From positions 1 to 22,052 of the forward strand of contig JAYKGY010000092.1 in assembly GCA_035285545.1 (NCBI GenBank): a stretch of DNA of 22,052 nt, read 5' to 3'. Shown piece after piece: positions 1-8,961 of the stretch. The translations under genes were made by a program, and so were the position numbers. The notes under the pieces are model-generated. The model saw only the letters and a program-made list of their open reading frames with translations. It searched no databases and was not told the DNA's origin. Numbering within the stretch: position 1 is the first letter of the stretch; each line of letters opens with the position of its first letter. This DNA comes from Snowella sp. GTDB lineage: Bacteria; Cyanobacteriota; Cyanobacteriia; Cyanobacteriales; Microcystaceae.

Positions 1-131
1 AGGACTCATTTGAGAGATAGTTATCCGAGCATTTGCTAGGGAAATAACCGTCCACCTAGCTAGTGAAGTTAGCGTTCGCTAAAATGTACCAATTTCGTTC
101 CTATTGACTTTTCGGATAGGCTCTTAATGAT

Positions 132-353
132 TTAATTTTTCTTTTTCTCATCATCATCATCATCATCATCATCGGATTGTTCTTCCTGTTCATTGCCTTG
201 TTCGTTACCTTCCTGTTGATTCTCATTGTCTTCTGTTTTTTGCTCCATCTCCGAAGACGATTCAGGCGGATTTTTTTCTTCGTTACTGGAAATTCCACCG
301 CACCCCACTAAAGTCACCAAGAGTAAACAAAAAGTAATGATTTTAACTTTCAT
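132..353 (-). CDS. Small acidic lipoprotein, hypothetical (about 73 aa)
   Basis: From the ATG at 353: MKVKIITFCLLLVTLVGC is a basic N-terminus, hydrophobic core and lipobox LVG-C. An E/Q/N-rich tail ends in D8-EKKKN. The track ORF starts at 395, but 353 gives a proper signal peptide. Confidence 0.7.
   Translation of the reverse strand: MKVKIITFCLLLVTLVGCGGISSNEEKNPPESSSEMEQKTEDNENQQEGNEQGNEQEEQSDDDDDDDDEKKKN
148..173. repeat. (TCA)8 / (GAT)8 trinucleotide microsatellite encoding poly-Asp
   Basis: tcatcatcatcatcatcatcatcatc read directly from the sequence. Confidence 0.95.
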
Positions 354-470
354 AGTGATTACAATACTGTCATTTTCCAGTAAACAATCGGTCAATTCTA
401 ACTATGTCATGAGTTAACCATGAGTTCGAGATCGCGTTTAAATGCTTTGAATAGATAAGACTTATCAAAC

Positions 471-496
471 AAAAAGACCCCACACAAGGCGGGGCT
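471..496 (-). terminator. Intrinsic terminator of the 528-728 gene
   Basis: Minus strand AGCCCCGCCTTGTGTGGGGTC-TTTTT is a GC-rich hairpin with a U-tract, about 30 nt after the stop codon. Confidence 0.75.
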
Positions 497-527
497 AAGC
501 AGCAAGAGGTTATCGTTATTCACTTCC

Positions 528-728
528 CTATGGTTTTAAGGAAGACTGGGCGTAGTTCACTAAACCTGCGCTGACGTAGTAACCATAGCCGTTTAATTTG
601 TTTTGTTGAGCAATACGGGCGGGATTGTTTACTAGGTCGCTAATTCCGAGGCTGAGAACCATGACTGAGGCGGCGGCGATCGCGTAGTTGCGGATAACAG
701 TGAAGGTCGGGTTGGTGGTGGATAACAT
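528..728 (-). CDS. Small hypothetical protein (66 aa) with one hydrophobic helix
   Basis: Shine-Dalgarno AAGGAG upstream of the ATG, hydrophobic segment YAIAAASVMVLSLGI, and its own downstream terminator. Confidence 0.75.
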   Translation of the reverse strand: MLSTTNPTFTVIRNYAIAAASVMVLSLGISDLVNNPARIAQQNKLNGYGYYVSAGLVNYAQSSLKP

Positions 729-950
729 GGGGTTTGTGCTCCTTTTCTCTTGCTATCTTCAGAATAGGGCGAGAAAAAAGGGATGTCAGTCCCCAAAAAT
801 GTGTCAAATCAAGGGTTTGGGCGATTCTATTTAACGGCTCAACATGGAAAAAAGTAGAAAAAAGATCACCAATCAAGTGGCTTCCTAATCCCAAAAGGTT
901 TATGAATAATGGGTTTGCATCCTTGCGCTTTATAGGGAATTAAGGGAGTC

Positions 951-1409
951 TTAATCAATGATGACCCGACAAATGCGCCAATCCGGTAAAACCGTTGCTC
1001 CCATCTTTTGGTAAAACTTAATGGCTGGCAGATTCCAATCTAAAACGCTCCACTCGACCCGTCCTGCTCCCCGTTCTTTCGCTAATTCAATCAGATGGCT
1101 CAATAGGGCTTTACCAATACCCTGTTGACGATAGGCAGGCAACACAAATAAATCTTCTAAATAAATCCCTGGTTTGGTTAAAAAGGTTGAATAATTCGTA
1201 AAAAATAACGCAAAGCCAATCACCTCTCCATCCACATCCGCCGCGATCGCCTCGACACAGGGACGTTCTCCAAATAAATGTTGTGCTAAAGTCTCCGCAT
1301 TTCCCGTCACCTGATGAGACAACTTTTCGTATTCAGCCAACGCCTTAATCAGATTAAAAATGGTAGGAACATCAGCAGGTTGGGCGGCACGAATAATGCA
1401 ATTAGGCAT
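951..1409 (-). CDS. GNAT-family N-acetyltransferase (diamine/SSAT-like)
   Basis: Motifs LAEYEK, YSTF..KPGIYLEDLFV, acetyl-CoA motif RQQGIGKAL, and WSVLDWN.PAI.FY. Confidence 0.92.
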   Translation of the reverse strand: MPNCIIRAAQPADVPTIFNLIKALAEYEKLSHQVTGNAETLAQHLFGERPCVEAIAADVDGEVIGFALFFTNYSTFLTKPGIYLEDLFVLPAYRQQGIGKALLSHLIELAKERGAGRVEWSVLDWNLPAIKFYQKMGATVLPDWRICRVIID

Positions 1410-1454
1410 GAATCAAAATTAGGCTTATGGTTCAGCATTCTATTGAGTCTTTTA

Positions 1455-1573
1455 GGCGTTGCTGATCGATCATTGAGACATGAATCTTCTTTTATGAAAT
1501 GTTATAAAGTCTAGACTCAAACTGACTTTTGAATCTGTGCAAAATTAACATCATACTTTAATTCAGCAACGCC
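1455..1573. mobile_element. MITE-like element (119 bp) with 11-bp terminal inverted repeats
   Basis: GGCGTTGCTGA (1455-1465) and TCAGCAACGCC (1563-1573) are perfect inverted repeats around an AT-rich non-coding core. Confidence 0.65.
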
Positions 1574-1720
1574 GATAATTTAATGTTGCCAATTTCTGAA
1601 AGTCTTGTAAATCAGGATCAAAAAATTAGTTGCATCTGGGGTTTCAGTCTAACTTTAAATGATTTAATGATTTAAAATAGGCTGAAACTATTTATACAAA
1701 ATAGAAGTTTACTAAAAAAC

Positions 1721-1969
1721 TTATTTATGGGTTTTAGCCTCGATATAGGAAATTGCATCCTGGACCGTTCGTATAATTTCTACATCTTCATCAGGAATAT
1801 CGATCTCAAAAGTTTCCCCAAAAGCTATTGTAAGTTCAACTAAGCCAAGAGAATCTGCGCCGAGATCATCAATGAGATTTGCCTCTGGTGTGATATCTTG
1901 TTCACTAACATCAAGCTGATCTTTAACGATTCGCTTTACTTCTGCGGCAATATCAAGACTTTCTGCCAT
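1721..1969 (-). CDS. Acyl carrier protein, stand-alone and atypical paralogue
   Basis: Acidic 82-aa protein with the phosphopantetheine motif DDLGADSL and IDIPDED..I.TVQDAI. GAGGA RBS precedes the ATG at 1969. Confidence 0.9.
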   Translation of the reverse strand: MAESLDIAAEVKRIVKDQLDVSEQDITPEANLIDDLGADSLGLVELTIAFGETFEIDIPDEDVEIIRTVQDAISYIEAKTHK

Positions 1970-2158
1970 TGGTAGGTTCCTCACTAATAAGTGTGTACGC
2001 TAGTTTCATTCAATTCAACTAATCTTTTGGGCAGTTTTTATTTTAAAAAATATTGCTAAAGAAATCGTTAAATGAATGGGTGCGATTTTAGCAAATTGAG
2101 TGAGCAATTGTCAACTCATAAATGGAAATTCACAGGGAAAACGCATACAGTAAACGCT

Positions 2159-2260
2159 TAAGCTGTTAGGCATTCAAACTGCATTAGTACAATTGCTCTA
2201 AAATCCTTGTGGCAAGGGCTTTTCAGAAGTCATCATGCAATTTAGATGCTCAACAGCTTA
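2159..2260. mobile_element. MITE-like element (102 bp) with 26-bp imperfect terminal inverted repeats
   Basis: TAAGCTGTTAGGCATTCAAACTGCAT (2159-2184) versus the reverse complement of 2235-2260, TAAGCTGTTGAGCATCTAAATTGCAT, is 21/26 identical. Both ends are TA and there is an internal hairpin CCTTG-TGG-CAAGG. Confidence 0.7.
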
Positions 2261-2318
2261 TGATTCAGGATTCTATTTTACCCTCTGTAATGCAATCATA
2301 TTCATCATTAAAGTTTAA

Positions 2319-2366
2319 TCAGCTAAGTTGTTTATTTAAAAGGTTCTCATCTAACAAGATAAGCAT
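2319..2366 (-). pseudogene. Truncated DUF5615/PIN-like (VapC45-type) toxin
   Basis: The ATG at 2366 overlaps the 3' end of the DUF433 gene and reads MLILLDENLLNKQLS-stop. 'LLDENL' is the typical N-terminus of PIN toxins partnered with DUF433. Confidence 0.7.
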
Positions 2367-2601
2367 TATTTTGACGAGCTTCAATAATAACTAACTTTGC
2401 AACATTTTCTAAAACTTTAATTGCTAACTTCTCTAAATAGGGAAAATCATTAACGAACTCACTTAAGCCTTCCGGCCCTTCCAAATAGTCAAAAAAGGTT
2501 TGTAGAGGGACGCGACTCCCCACAAAAACAGGAGTTCCACCCATGATTTCTGGATTGGACTGAATCACGTTTTCCTTTTCTAATATACTAACAAGTTGCA
2601 T
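2347..2601 (-). CDS. DUF433-domain antitoxin-like protein
   Basis: PEIMGGTPVFVGSRVP...F..DFPYL matches the DUF433 pattern. Confidence 0.9.
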   Translation of the reverse strand: MQLVSILEKENVIQSNPEIMGGTPVFVGSRVPLQTFFDYLEGPEGLSEFVNDFPYLEKLAIKVLENVAKLVIIEARQNNAYLVR

Positions 2602-2724
2602 ATTACTGGATAGTTAGATATTATTTGCATTGTAATTCATGCTCTTCGATATTTTAAGGAAGAATTATTATTTTTCAAACGCGATCGCTGATAGAAAAGT
2701 CAATTTTTGGAAAACGGCGATCTC

Positions 2725-2793
2725 GTAGGATGGGTTAGTATGTTGAAGGGATAATCCGTTCAGAGGGCACTAGCTGCAAAAAATTAACCCAAC
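2725..2793 (+). repeat. Possible degenerate GTAG-type REP-like element
   Basis: GTAG-GATGGGTTA at 2725-2737 with a complementary TAACCCAAC at 2785-2793. Confidence 0.3.
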
Positions 2794-2941
2794 GACTCCA
2801 GGTTAAACCCGCCGATAGATTGACTATAATGATAGACTGCTGAATCTCAACCGATGACTGTTTAAGGCGTAAATTATTACAGTTTGTCTTTTTAACTTTG
2901 TTCATTGTCTCAAAGGTTAATAATCAGCAATTAACGCTCAA

Positions 2942-2972
2942 TTATTAATTATTCACTATTAATTATTAATTA
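2942..2972. repeat. Heptamer tandem repeat (STRR-like) abutting the mutS start codon
   Basis: TTATTAA TTATTCA CTATTAA TTATTAA TTA followed by ATG at 2973. Confidence 0.75.
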
Positions 2973-5636
2973 ATGACTGACTCCTCCACACCACCAGTAA
3001 CTGAATTAGGCACTCACAAAGCTCCCCATAAGGATTATCGGATGCTAGATCGGGAAAAATTAACCCCGATGTTTCAGCATTATACTGAAGTTAAAGAGTT
3101 GAATCCTGGGGCATTATTGCTGTATCGAGTCGGCGATTTTTTTGAGTGCTTTTTCCAAGATTCGGTGATTATTTCACGGGAGTTAGAATTAGTTTTAACC
3201 AGTAAAGATGGGGGAAAGGAAATTGGGCGAGTGGCGATGACGGGGGTTCCCCACCATGCCCTAGAACGCTATGCACGGATTTTAGTCGAAAAAGGCTATT
3301 CGGTTGCCATTTGTGATCAGGTCGAAGATTCGGCTGAAGCGGCGGCAGAACGTCGGATGGTGGAACGACAAATTACCAAGTTGTTAACGCCTGGGACGCT
3401 GACCGATGACAGTATGCTCAATGCGCGGCGGAATAATTTTCTAGCGGCGGTGGTCATTACCTCGGAACATTGGGGCTTAGCCCATGCGGATATTTCGACG
3501 GGGGAATTTTTTACCACTCAATCTACGGATTTAAAGGCTTTAACCTTAGAGTTACTGCGGCTCCAACCCTCAGAGGTACTCATCCCCACCAATGCACCCG
3601 ATCTCAAAAATATGTTACGTCCAGGAGAAAGGTCTGACCAGTTACCCGACTGTTTACCCGATAGTTTTTGCTATTCTCTGCGATCGCAAATGCCCTTTAG
3701 TTTAATTGAAGCCAAACAAAGATTACTGGAAACCTTTCGAGTGCGATCGCTTGAAGGGATGGGTTGTGAAGGCTTACCGTTAGCCATTCGAGCCGCGGGG
3801 GGATTACTGGAATATATCGAAGATACCCAAAAAGCCAATCTCGTTCCCATTCAACCTTTAAAAAGCTACAGTTTGGCAGATTTTTTGATTCTAGACCACC
3901 AAACGCGACGGAATTTAGAAATTAATCAAACCGTTCGGGATGGCAGTTTTCACGGATCATTACTCTGGGCGTTGGATCGAACCTGTACGGCAATGGGGGG
4001 CAGGGCGTTACGCCGTTGGTTATTGCAACCCTTGTTAGAACCCAAAGGTATTCGGGCTAGACAAAAAACCATTCAGGAATTAATGGATAATCCCCCACTC
4101 CGTCAAGATTTACGCAAGCTTTTGCATAATATTTATGATTTGGAACGCTTAACGGGACGGGTCGGAGCGGGTAGTGCCAACGGTCGAGATGTCTTAGCTT
4201 TAGCAGAATCCTTAGTGCGTTTAACGGATTTAGCCACCTTAGCAACAGAAGGTCATTCCCCTTATTTAAAGGCATTACAAACAGTGCCGCCTGAGTTGGA
4301 ACAATTGGGAAAATTCGTGATCGCCCATTTAGTGGAACAGCCTCCCTTACATTTAAAAGATGGGGGTGTCATTCGGGATGGAATTAATACCGAATTGGAT
4401 GAAAGACGACGGTGTTTGGAAGAAGATAAGCAATGGTTAGCCAATTTGGAAGTGACGGAGCGGCAACGGACGGGAATTAATAACCTGAAAGTGGGTTATA
4501 ACAAAACCTTTGGGTATTACCTTACCCTACCCCGCAGCAAGGCAGAGCAGGCTCCTGAAAATTATTTACGCAAACAAACGTTGGTCAATGAGGAGCGTTA
4601 CATCACCCCAGAACTAAAGGAACGGGAAACCCGCATTCTCACCGCCCAGGATGATCTAAATAGCCTAGAGTACGAAATTTTTGTGGAACTCCGCTCTAAA
4701 ATTGCCGAAAAAGCCCAAGAAATTCGAGATATTGCCAAAGCCGTGGCCGCGATCGATGTGTTGTCAGGCTTAGCAGAGGTGGCCGTTTATCAAGGCTATT
4801 GTTGTCCCGATATCATTGAGGGTCGGTTAGTGGAAATTGTAGATGGTCGGCATCCTGTGGTTGAGCAATCCTTAGCCGCAGGCTTTTTTGTCCCTAATTC
4901 TACCCATCTAGGCTATAGTGATTCAGAATCAGCCCAAACGAATCCAGATTTGATTATCTTAACGGGGCCCAATGCCAGTGGAAAAAGTTGCTATCTGCGT
5001 CAAGTCGGCTTAATTCAACTGATGGCTCAGATCGGAAGTTTTGTTCCTGCGAAATCGGCTCGGTTATCTATCTGCGATCGCATCTTTACGCGAGTGGGAG
5101 CCGTCGATGATCTGGCAACGGGGCAATCCACTTTTATGGTGGAAATGAATGAAACGGCGAATATTTTGAACCATGCTACGCCGAAATCGTTAGTGTTATT
5201 GGATGAAATTGGTCGAGGGACGGCAACTTTTGATGGACTGTCGATCGCCTGGGCCGTGGCCGAATATTTAGCAATGGAAATTCAAGCCCGTACTATTTTT
5301 GCAACCCATTACCATGAACTCAATGAACTTGCGTCGATTTTGGGGAATGTGGCGAACTATCAGGTTACGGTCAAAGAAATGCCCAATGAAATTATCTTTT
5401 TACACCAAGTTCGTCCAGGGGGAGCCGATAAATCCTACGGAATCGAAGCGGGACGGTTAGCGGGTTTACCGAGTTCAGTGATTCGTCGCGCCAAGCAAGT
5501 GATGGGACAAATTGAAAAGCACAGTAAAATCGCGGTGGGTTTGCGCCAAGGAATTACGAAAACAACGCCCAAAAAAGTGGAGAAAGTTTCTGAATCCGTA
5601 CAGCAACAGATTGAGCAATTAGATATTTTTGGTTAA
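2973..5636 (+). CDS. mutS: DNA mismatch repair protein MutS
   Basis: TPMFQHY, GDFFECF mismatch-binding motif, Walker [38 protein letters not shown]. 887 aa. Confidence 0.99.
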   Translation: MTDSSTPPVTELGTHKAPHKDYRMLDREKLTPMFQHYTEVKELNPGALLLYRVGDFFECFFQDSVIISRELELVLTSKDGGKEIGRVAMTGVPHHALERYARILVEKGYSVAICDQVEDSAEAAAERRMVERQITKLLTPGTLTDDSMLNARRNNFLAAVVITSEHWGLAHADISTGEFFTTQSTDLKALTLELLRLQPSEVLIPTNAPDLKNMLRPGERSDQLPDCLPDSFCYSLRSQMPFSLIEAKQRLLETFRVRSLEGMGCEGLPLAIRAAGGLLEYIEDTQKANLVPIQPLKSYSLADFLILDHQTRRNLEINQTVRDGSFHGSLLWALDRTCTAMGGRALRRWLLQPLLEPKGIRARQKTIQELMDNPPLRQDLRKLLHNIYDLERLTGRVGAGSANGRDVLALAESLVRLTDLATLATEGHSPYLKALQTVPPELEQLGKFVIAHLVEQPPLHLKDGGVIRDGINTELDERRRCLEEDKQWLANLEVTERQRTGINNLKVGYNKTFGYYLTLPRSKAEQAPENYLRKQTLVNEERYITPELKERETRILTAQDDLNSLEYEIFVELRSKIAEKAQEIRDIAKAVAAIDVLSGLAEVAVYQGYCCPDIIEGRLVEIVDGRHPVVEQSLAAGFFVPNSTHLGYSDSESAQTNPDLIILTGPNASGKSCYLRQVGLIQLMAQIGSFVPAKSARLSICDRIFTRVGAVDDLATGQSTFMVEMNETANILNHATPKSLVLLDEIGRGTATFDGLSIAWAVAEYLAMEIQARTIFATHYHELNELASILGNVANYQVTVKEMPNEIIFLHQVRPGGADKSYGIEAGRLAGLPSSVIRRAKQVMGQIEKHSKIAVGLRQGITKTTPKKVEKVSESVQQQIEQLDIFG

Positions 5637-5649
5637 GTTCAAAGCGCGA

Positions 5650-5889
5650 TTACCAAACCGGATCGGAGTAGAGAGTAATTGTTACCGAATCAACCCCATC
5701 AGGAATGGCACTAATACAGGCACAAATGGGGGTATCCGCTTCAATTTCCACTTCACAGGCATGGCACGATCCCATTAAACAACCTGTTGGGATAAAAACG
5801 CCCGCCCGTTCCGCCACCTCTAAAATCAGATCGCCGGGTTCGGCAGTGGTTGTAATTTCATCGGGCATAAACAGGACATTAACGCTCAT
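5650..5889 (-). CDS. Small 2Fe-2S ferredoxin-like protein
   Basis: IPTGCLMGSCHACEV..C (CX4CX2C..C). The start overlaps the cobQ stop (ATGA). Confidence 0.9.
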   Translation of the reverse strand: MSVNVLFMPDEITTTAEPGDLILEVAERAGVFIPTGCLMGSCHACEVEIEADTPICACISAIPDGVDSVTITLYSDPVW

Positions 5890-7397
5890 TGGGCTGATGA
5901 ATCTTGATTTAATAGGGTTAATATCGGGGTTAAATCCAAGGATTGTTCCACTAAATCGGCTAAGTTGTTTAACATTGTTTCCCGTTCTTCTCGATAATTA
6001 GCGATTCCTGTCGGTAATTCGGGCATTCCTCGACGACTACGCAGTAAGTTAAGCCAAGCCCGCCGCCAGGGGCCGTTATCAAAAATACCATGCAAATAAG
6101 ACCCCCAAATGGATTGGGTTTTATTAACAATACCTAATTCAATATCTTCAAAAATGGAGAAATAATCTGCTTCGCTTTTCCCGATCGCGGGATCTAAAAA
6201 ATGCGTTAAGCCTTGATGAATTTCGTAGCCCATGATGGGTAAGCCCGATTTAGGATAATAGGAAATCGAGTGGCGTTGTTGGGTAATTTTGATGCTGCTA
6301 ATTTCCGTTTCAATGGGTAATAAATCTAACCCTTCATAGACAGATTCTCCCCCTTCATAGTGATCAGGATCAGTGACTTGCTTTCCTAACATTTGATAGC
6401 CACCACATAACCCCATAATTACGCCGCCGGCTTCTGCATATTTTTTTAATTTTGCACCCATACCGCTTTCTTGTAGGGCTTTGAGATCGGCGATCGTGGT
6501 TTTTGTACCAGGCAAAATAATCGCATCAGGGTAGCCAAAGGAATCTTCTAAACTTAGGTATTTAAGCGATAAATTTAGCTCAGATTCTAGCGGATCAAAA
6601 TCATTAAAATTGGCAATATGGGGTAACCGAATAATGGCAACGGTTAATTCGGATTGATTAGAAGAAGTCCGACGATCGAGCAAGCTGAGAGAATCTTCTG
6701 CCGGAAATAACAAGTTGGAATAGGGAATCACGCCCAAAACAGGAATTCCGGTGTATTCCTCTAACCATTGAATGCCTGAATCTAATAGCGATCGCTGACC
6801 CCGAAATTTATTGATCACAATGCCTTTAATTAAACTGCGTTCTTCCGGTTCTAATAAAGCTAACGTTCCGACTACATGGGCAAAGGCTCCCCCGCGATCG
6901 ATATCCACAATGAGGATGGTTGCCGCATTTAAATGTTTCGCCACCCGCATATTGGTGAGATCCCGATGCTTGAGATTGATTTCAGCAGGACTCCCCGCTC
7001 CTTCACAGACAATCACAGAGAATTCCTGTTGGAGTTTTTCTAACGATTCCGTAATGGCCTGCCAACCCCGTTCAAAATATTTTTCGTAATAATCAGCCGC
7101 ACCCGTTACCCCAACTGCTTTCCCGTTGAGGATGACTTGAGAGGTCATATTTCCCTGAGGTTTGAGTAAAATGGGGTTCATTTCAACGCTAGGAAAGGTT
7201 CCCGCAGCCCAGGCTTGTACGGCTTGAGCATGGCCAATTTCCCCGCCCTGGGCTGTTACATAGGCATTCAGGGCCATATTTTGCCCTTTAAAGGGACTCA
7301 CCTGCCAACCTTGGCGATGCAAAAGACGACAAAGCGCGGTTGTTAAAAAAGATTTACCTGCATGGGAAGTTGTCCCCACCACCATGACTGCATTCAT
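5886..7397 (-). CDS. cobQ: Cobyric acid synthase
   Basis: GTTSHAGKS, PFKGQNMALN, MNPILLKP, EGAGSPAEINL, NKFRG, and glutaminase motifs GLCGGYQMLG and YLHG. Confidence 0.98.
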   Translation of the reverse strand: MNAVMVVGTTSHAGKSFLTTALCRLLHRQGWQVSPFKGQNMALNAYVTAQGGEIGHAQAVQAWAAGTFPSVEMNPILLKPQGNMTSQVILNGKAVGVTGAADYYEKYFERGWQAITESLEKLQQEFSVIVCEGAGSPAEINLKHRDLTNMRVAKHLNAATILIVDIDRGGAFAHVVGTLALLEPEERSLIKGIVINKFRGQRSLLDSGIQWLEEYTGIPVLGVIPYSNLLFPAEDSLSLLDRRTSSNQSELTVAIIRLPHIANFNDFDPLESELNLSLKYLSLEDSFGYPDAIILPGTKTTIADLKALQESGMGAKLKKYAEAGGVIMGLCGGYQMLGKQVTDPDHYEGGESVYEGLDLLPIETEISSIKITQQRHSISYYPKSGLPIMGYEIHQGLTHFLDPAIGKSEADYFSIFEDIELGIVNKTQSIWGSYLHGIFDNGPWRRAWLNLLRSRRGMPELPTGIANYREERETMLNNLADLVEQSLDLTPILTLLNQDSSAQ

Positions 7398-7454
7398 AGC
7401 ACCTTGAGCATTTTGATTAACGTGTTAGCGGATTCATCGGAAGCAAGATTCAAT

Positions 7455-7889
7455 TTATATTGAAAATAACTTGAAATATTGAGAAAGCCAACGTTGAAGA
7501 CGATTGAATAAACGATCCTTAAGGTTAAGTTTTGTCCAAGTGGGCCCTTGCTGTTCCCATTGGTTAATTAAATATTTACCCATTGGCGTTAGACGAAAAC
7601 TATCGGTAATGCCTTGCCCGTCTACTTCCCGACGTAACAAACCAACTTGAATTAGCCACATTAAATCGGCTTCAACCCGTCTTTCGGAGAGGATTTTTTC
7701 CGTATAGCCCGCATTTAGTCCGTTGTAATTGGCAATCATCGGTAAGGGAATACTTTTTTCTCGCATGGCAGTAAAGAGGGGTAAACAAAAAGCAGAAGCT
7801 TTTAAGGCCACTTTAGCCCGTTGCAAGGTTGGGGCTGGATAGGCGATCGCTGAAGAAGGGGAGGAAATAACAGGGGATTTCATAGACAA
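7455..7889 (-). CDS. Conserved cyanobacterial hypothetical protein (Npun_F0494 family)
   Basis: Signature LMWLIQVGLLRREVDGQGITDSFRLTP, located directly upstream of cobQ. Confidence 0.8.
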   Translation of the reverse strand: MSMKSPVISSPSSAIAYPAPTLQRAKVALKASAFCLPLFTAMREKSIPLPMIANYNGLNAGYTEKILSERRVEADLMWLIQVGLLRREVDGQGITDSFRLTPMGKYLINQWEQQGPTWTKLNLKDRLFNRLQRWLSQYFKLFSI

Positions 7890-8040
7890 TGCTCCAATAA
7901 CGCTGACTGGTGTAACCTCATTTATGTATTATTGTGAAGGACTTGAGTAAAACTTTTCCATTTGTCATTGGAGTTTAAAGCTAAAGCCCATAAATTTGTT
8001 GAGTTGTCTTTCATCTTCTCAGTTATCCTGTAATATTTCG

Positions 8041-8112
8041 TTACAAAAAAGCAGGAAAAAATTTAACAAGACGTAACAGACATTAGGTTCCTTAACGTTG
8101 TATAAAGTAAAC
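8041..8112 (+). promoter_or_regulatory. cpc operon promoter with an HLR1-like (RpaB) direct repeat
   Basis: Extended -10 TG-TATAAA at 8099-8106 and direct repeat TTAACAAG-N2-GTAACAGA at 8063-8080. The sequence resembles my recollection of the Synechocystis PcpcB core. Confidence 0.7.
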
Positions 8113-8338
8113 AGAGAGGGAAATAAGAACGGCGACGGTTGACCTAGCGTCATTCTGGCTCTTTCTAATTTATGAGATAACTTTTGAAGTCTTTCTCAGA
8201 TTTCTTTTCAGATTTCCTGAGAAGCCTGAGAAACAATCAAAACCCAGTCTACCTTTTGATCCGTAATTTTACGGTCGCGGGTAGATTATAACCCCTAGTA
8301 ATAGGGAAACTTCTTTTAAATTCTGACTCAAACCATAA

Positions 8339-8359
8339 GTCAAGTAGGAGATTAATTCA
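8339..8359 (+). promoter_or_regulatory. cpcB ribosome-binding region
   Basis: GTCAAGTAGGAGATTAATTCA immediately before the ATG. Confidence 0.85.
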
Positions 8360-8881
8360 ATGGCTTTTGACGTATTCACACGGGTTGTAGCCCAAGCTGA
8401 TGCTCGCGGCGAGTATCTTTCTAGTGCTCAAATCGATGCCCTGAGTGCAACGGTTTCTGACGGTTTAAAACGGATTGATGCTGTTAACCGTATGACCGGT
8501 AGTGCTTCCTCCATCGTTGCCAATGCTGGCCGTGCCTTATTTGCAGAACAGCCCCAACTCATCCAACCCGGTGGAAACGCCTACACCCACCGTCGTATGG
8601 CTGCTTGCTTACGTGACATGGAAATCATCTTACGTTATGTAACCTATGCGACCTACACTGGTGATGCTTCCATCCTCGAAGATCGTTGCTTAAATGGTCT
8701 CCGTGAAACCTATGTTGCTTTAGGTGTTCCTGGTGCTTCTGTTGCTGCTGGCGTTCAAAAAATGAAAGATGCGGCGATCGCGATTGTTAACGACCCCAAC
8801 GGAATTACCCGTGGTGATTGCAGTGCTTTAGTTGCTGAAATCGCTGGCTACTTTGATCGCGCTGCTGCTGCTGTTGCCTAA
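8360..8881 (+). CDS. cpcB: Phycocyanin beta subunit
   Basis: PGGNAY (methylated Asn), [11 protein letters not shown] (beta-84 Cys), ITRGDC (beta-155 Cys). Confidence 0.99.
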   Translation: MAFDVFTRVVAQADARGEYLSSAQIDALSATVSDGLKRIDAVNRMTGSASSIVANAGRALFAEQPQLIQPGGNAYTHRRMAACLRDMEIILRYVTYATYTGDASILEDRCLNGLRETYVALGVPGASVAAGVQKMKDAAIAIVNDPNGITRGDCSALVAEIAGYFDRAAAAVA

Positions 8882-8961
8882 TTCTTGCCTTTTGGCATAG
8901 GTAACTGTCATTTCAAGATATCTAGGAAACTTTTGCAAATTATTTTGGGAGATACCAGAAA

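Noticed and set aside
101..298. ORF with a poly-Met run
   Set aside because: It is an alternative reading of the (GAT)8 tract. The lipoprotein frame has a proper signal peptide.
640..943. ORFs 640-894(-) and 734-943(+)
   Set aside because: They have no recognisable motifs and overlap the better-supported 66-aa gene or its upstream region.
8030..8044. NtcA site in the cpc promoter
   Set aside because: Spacing is GTA-N9-TAC, not the canonical N8.
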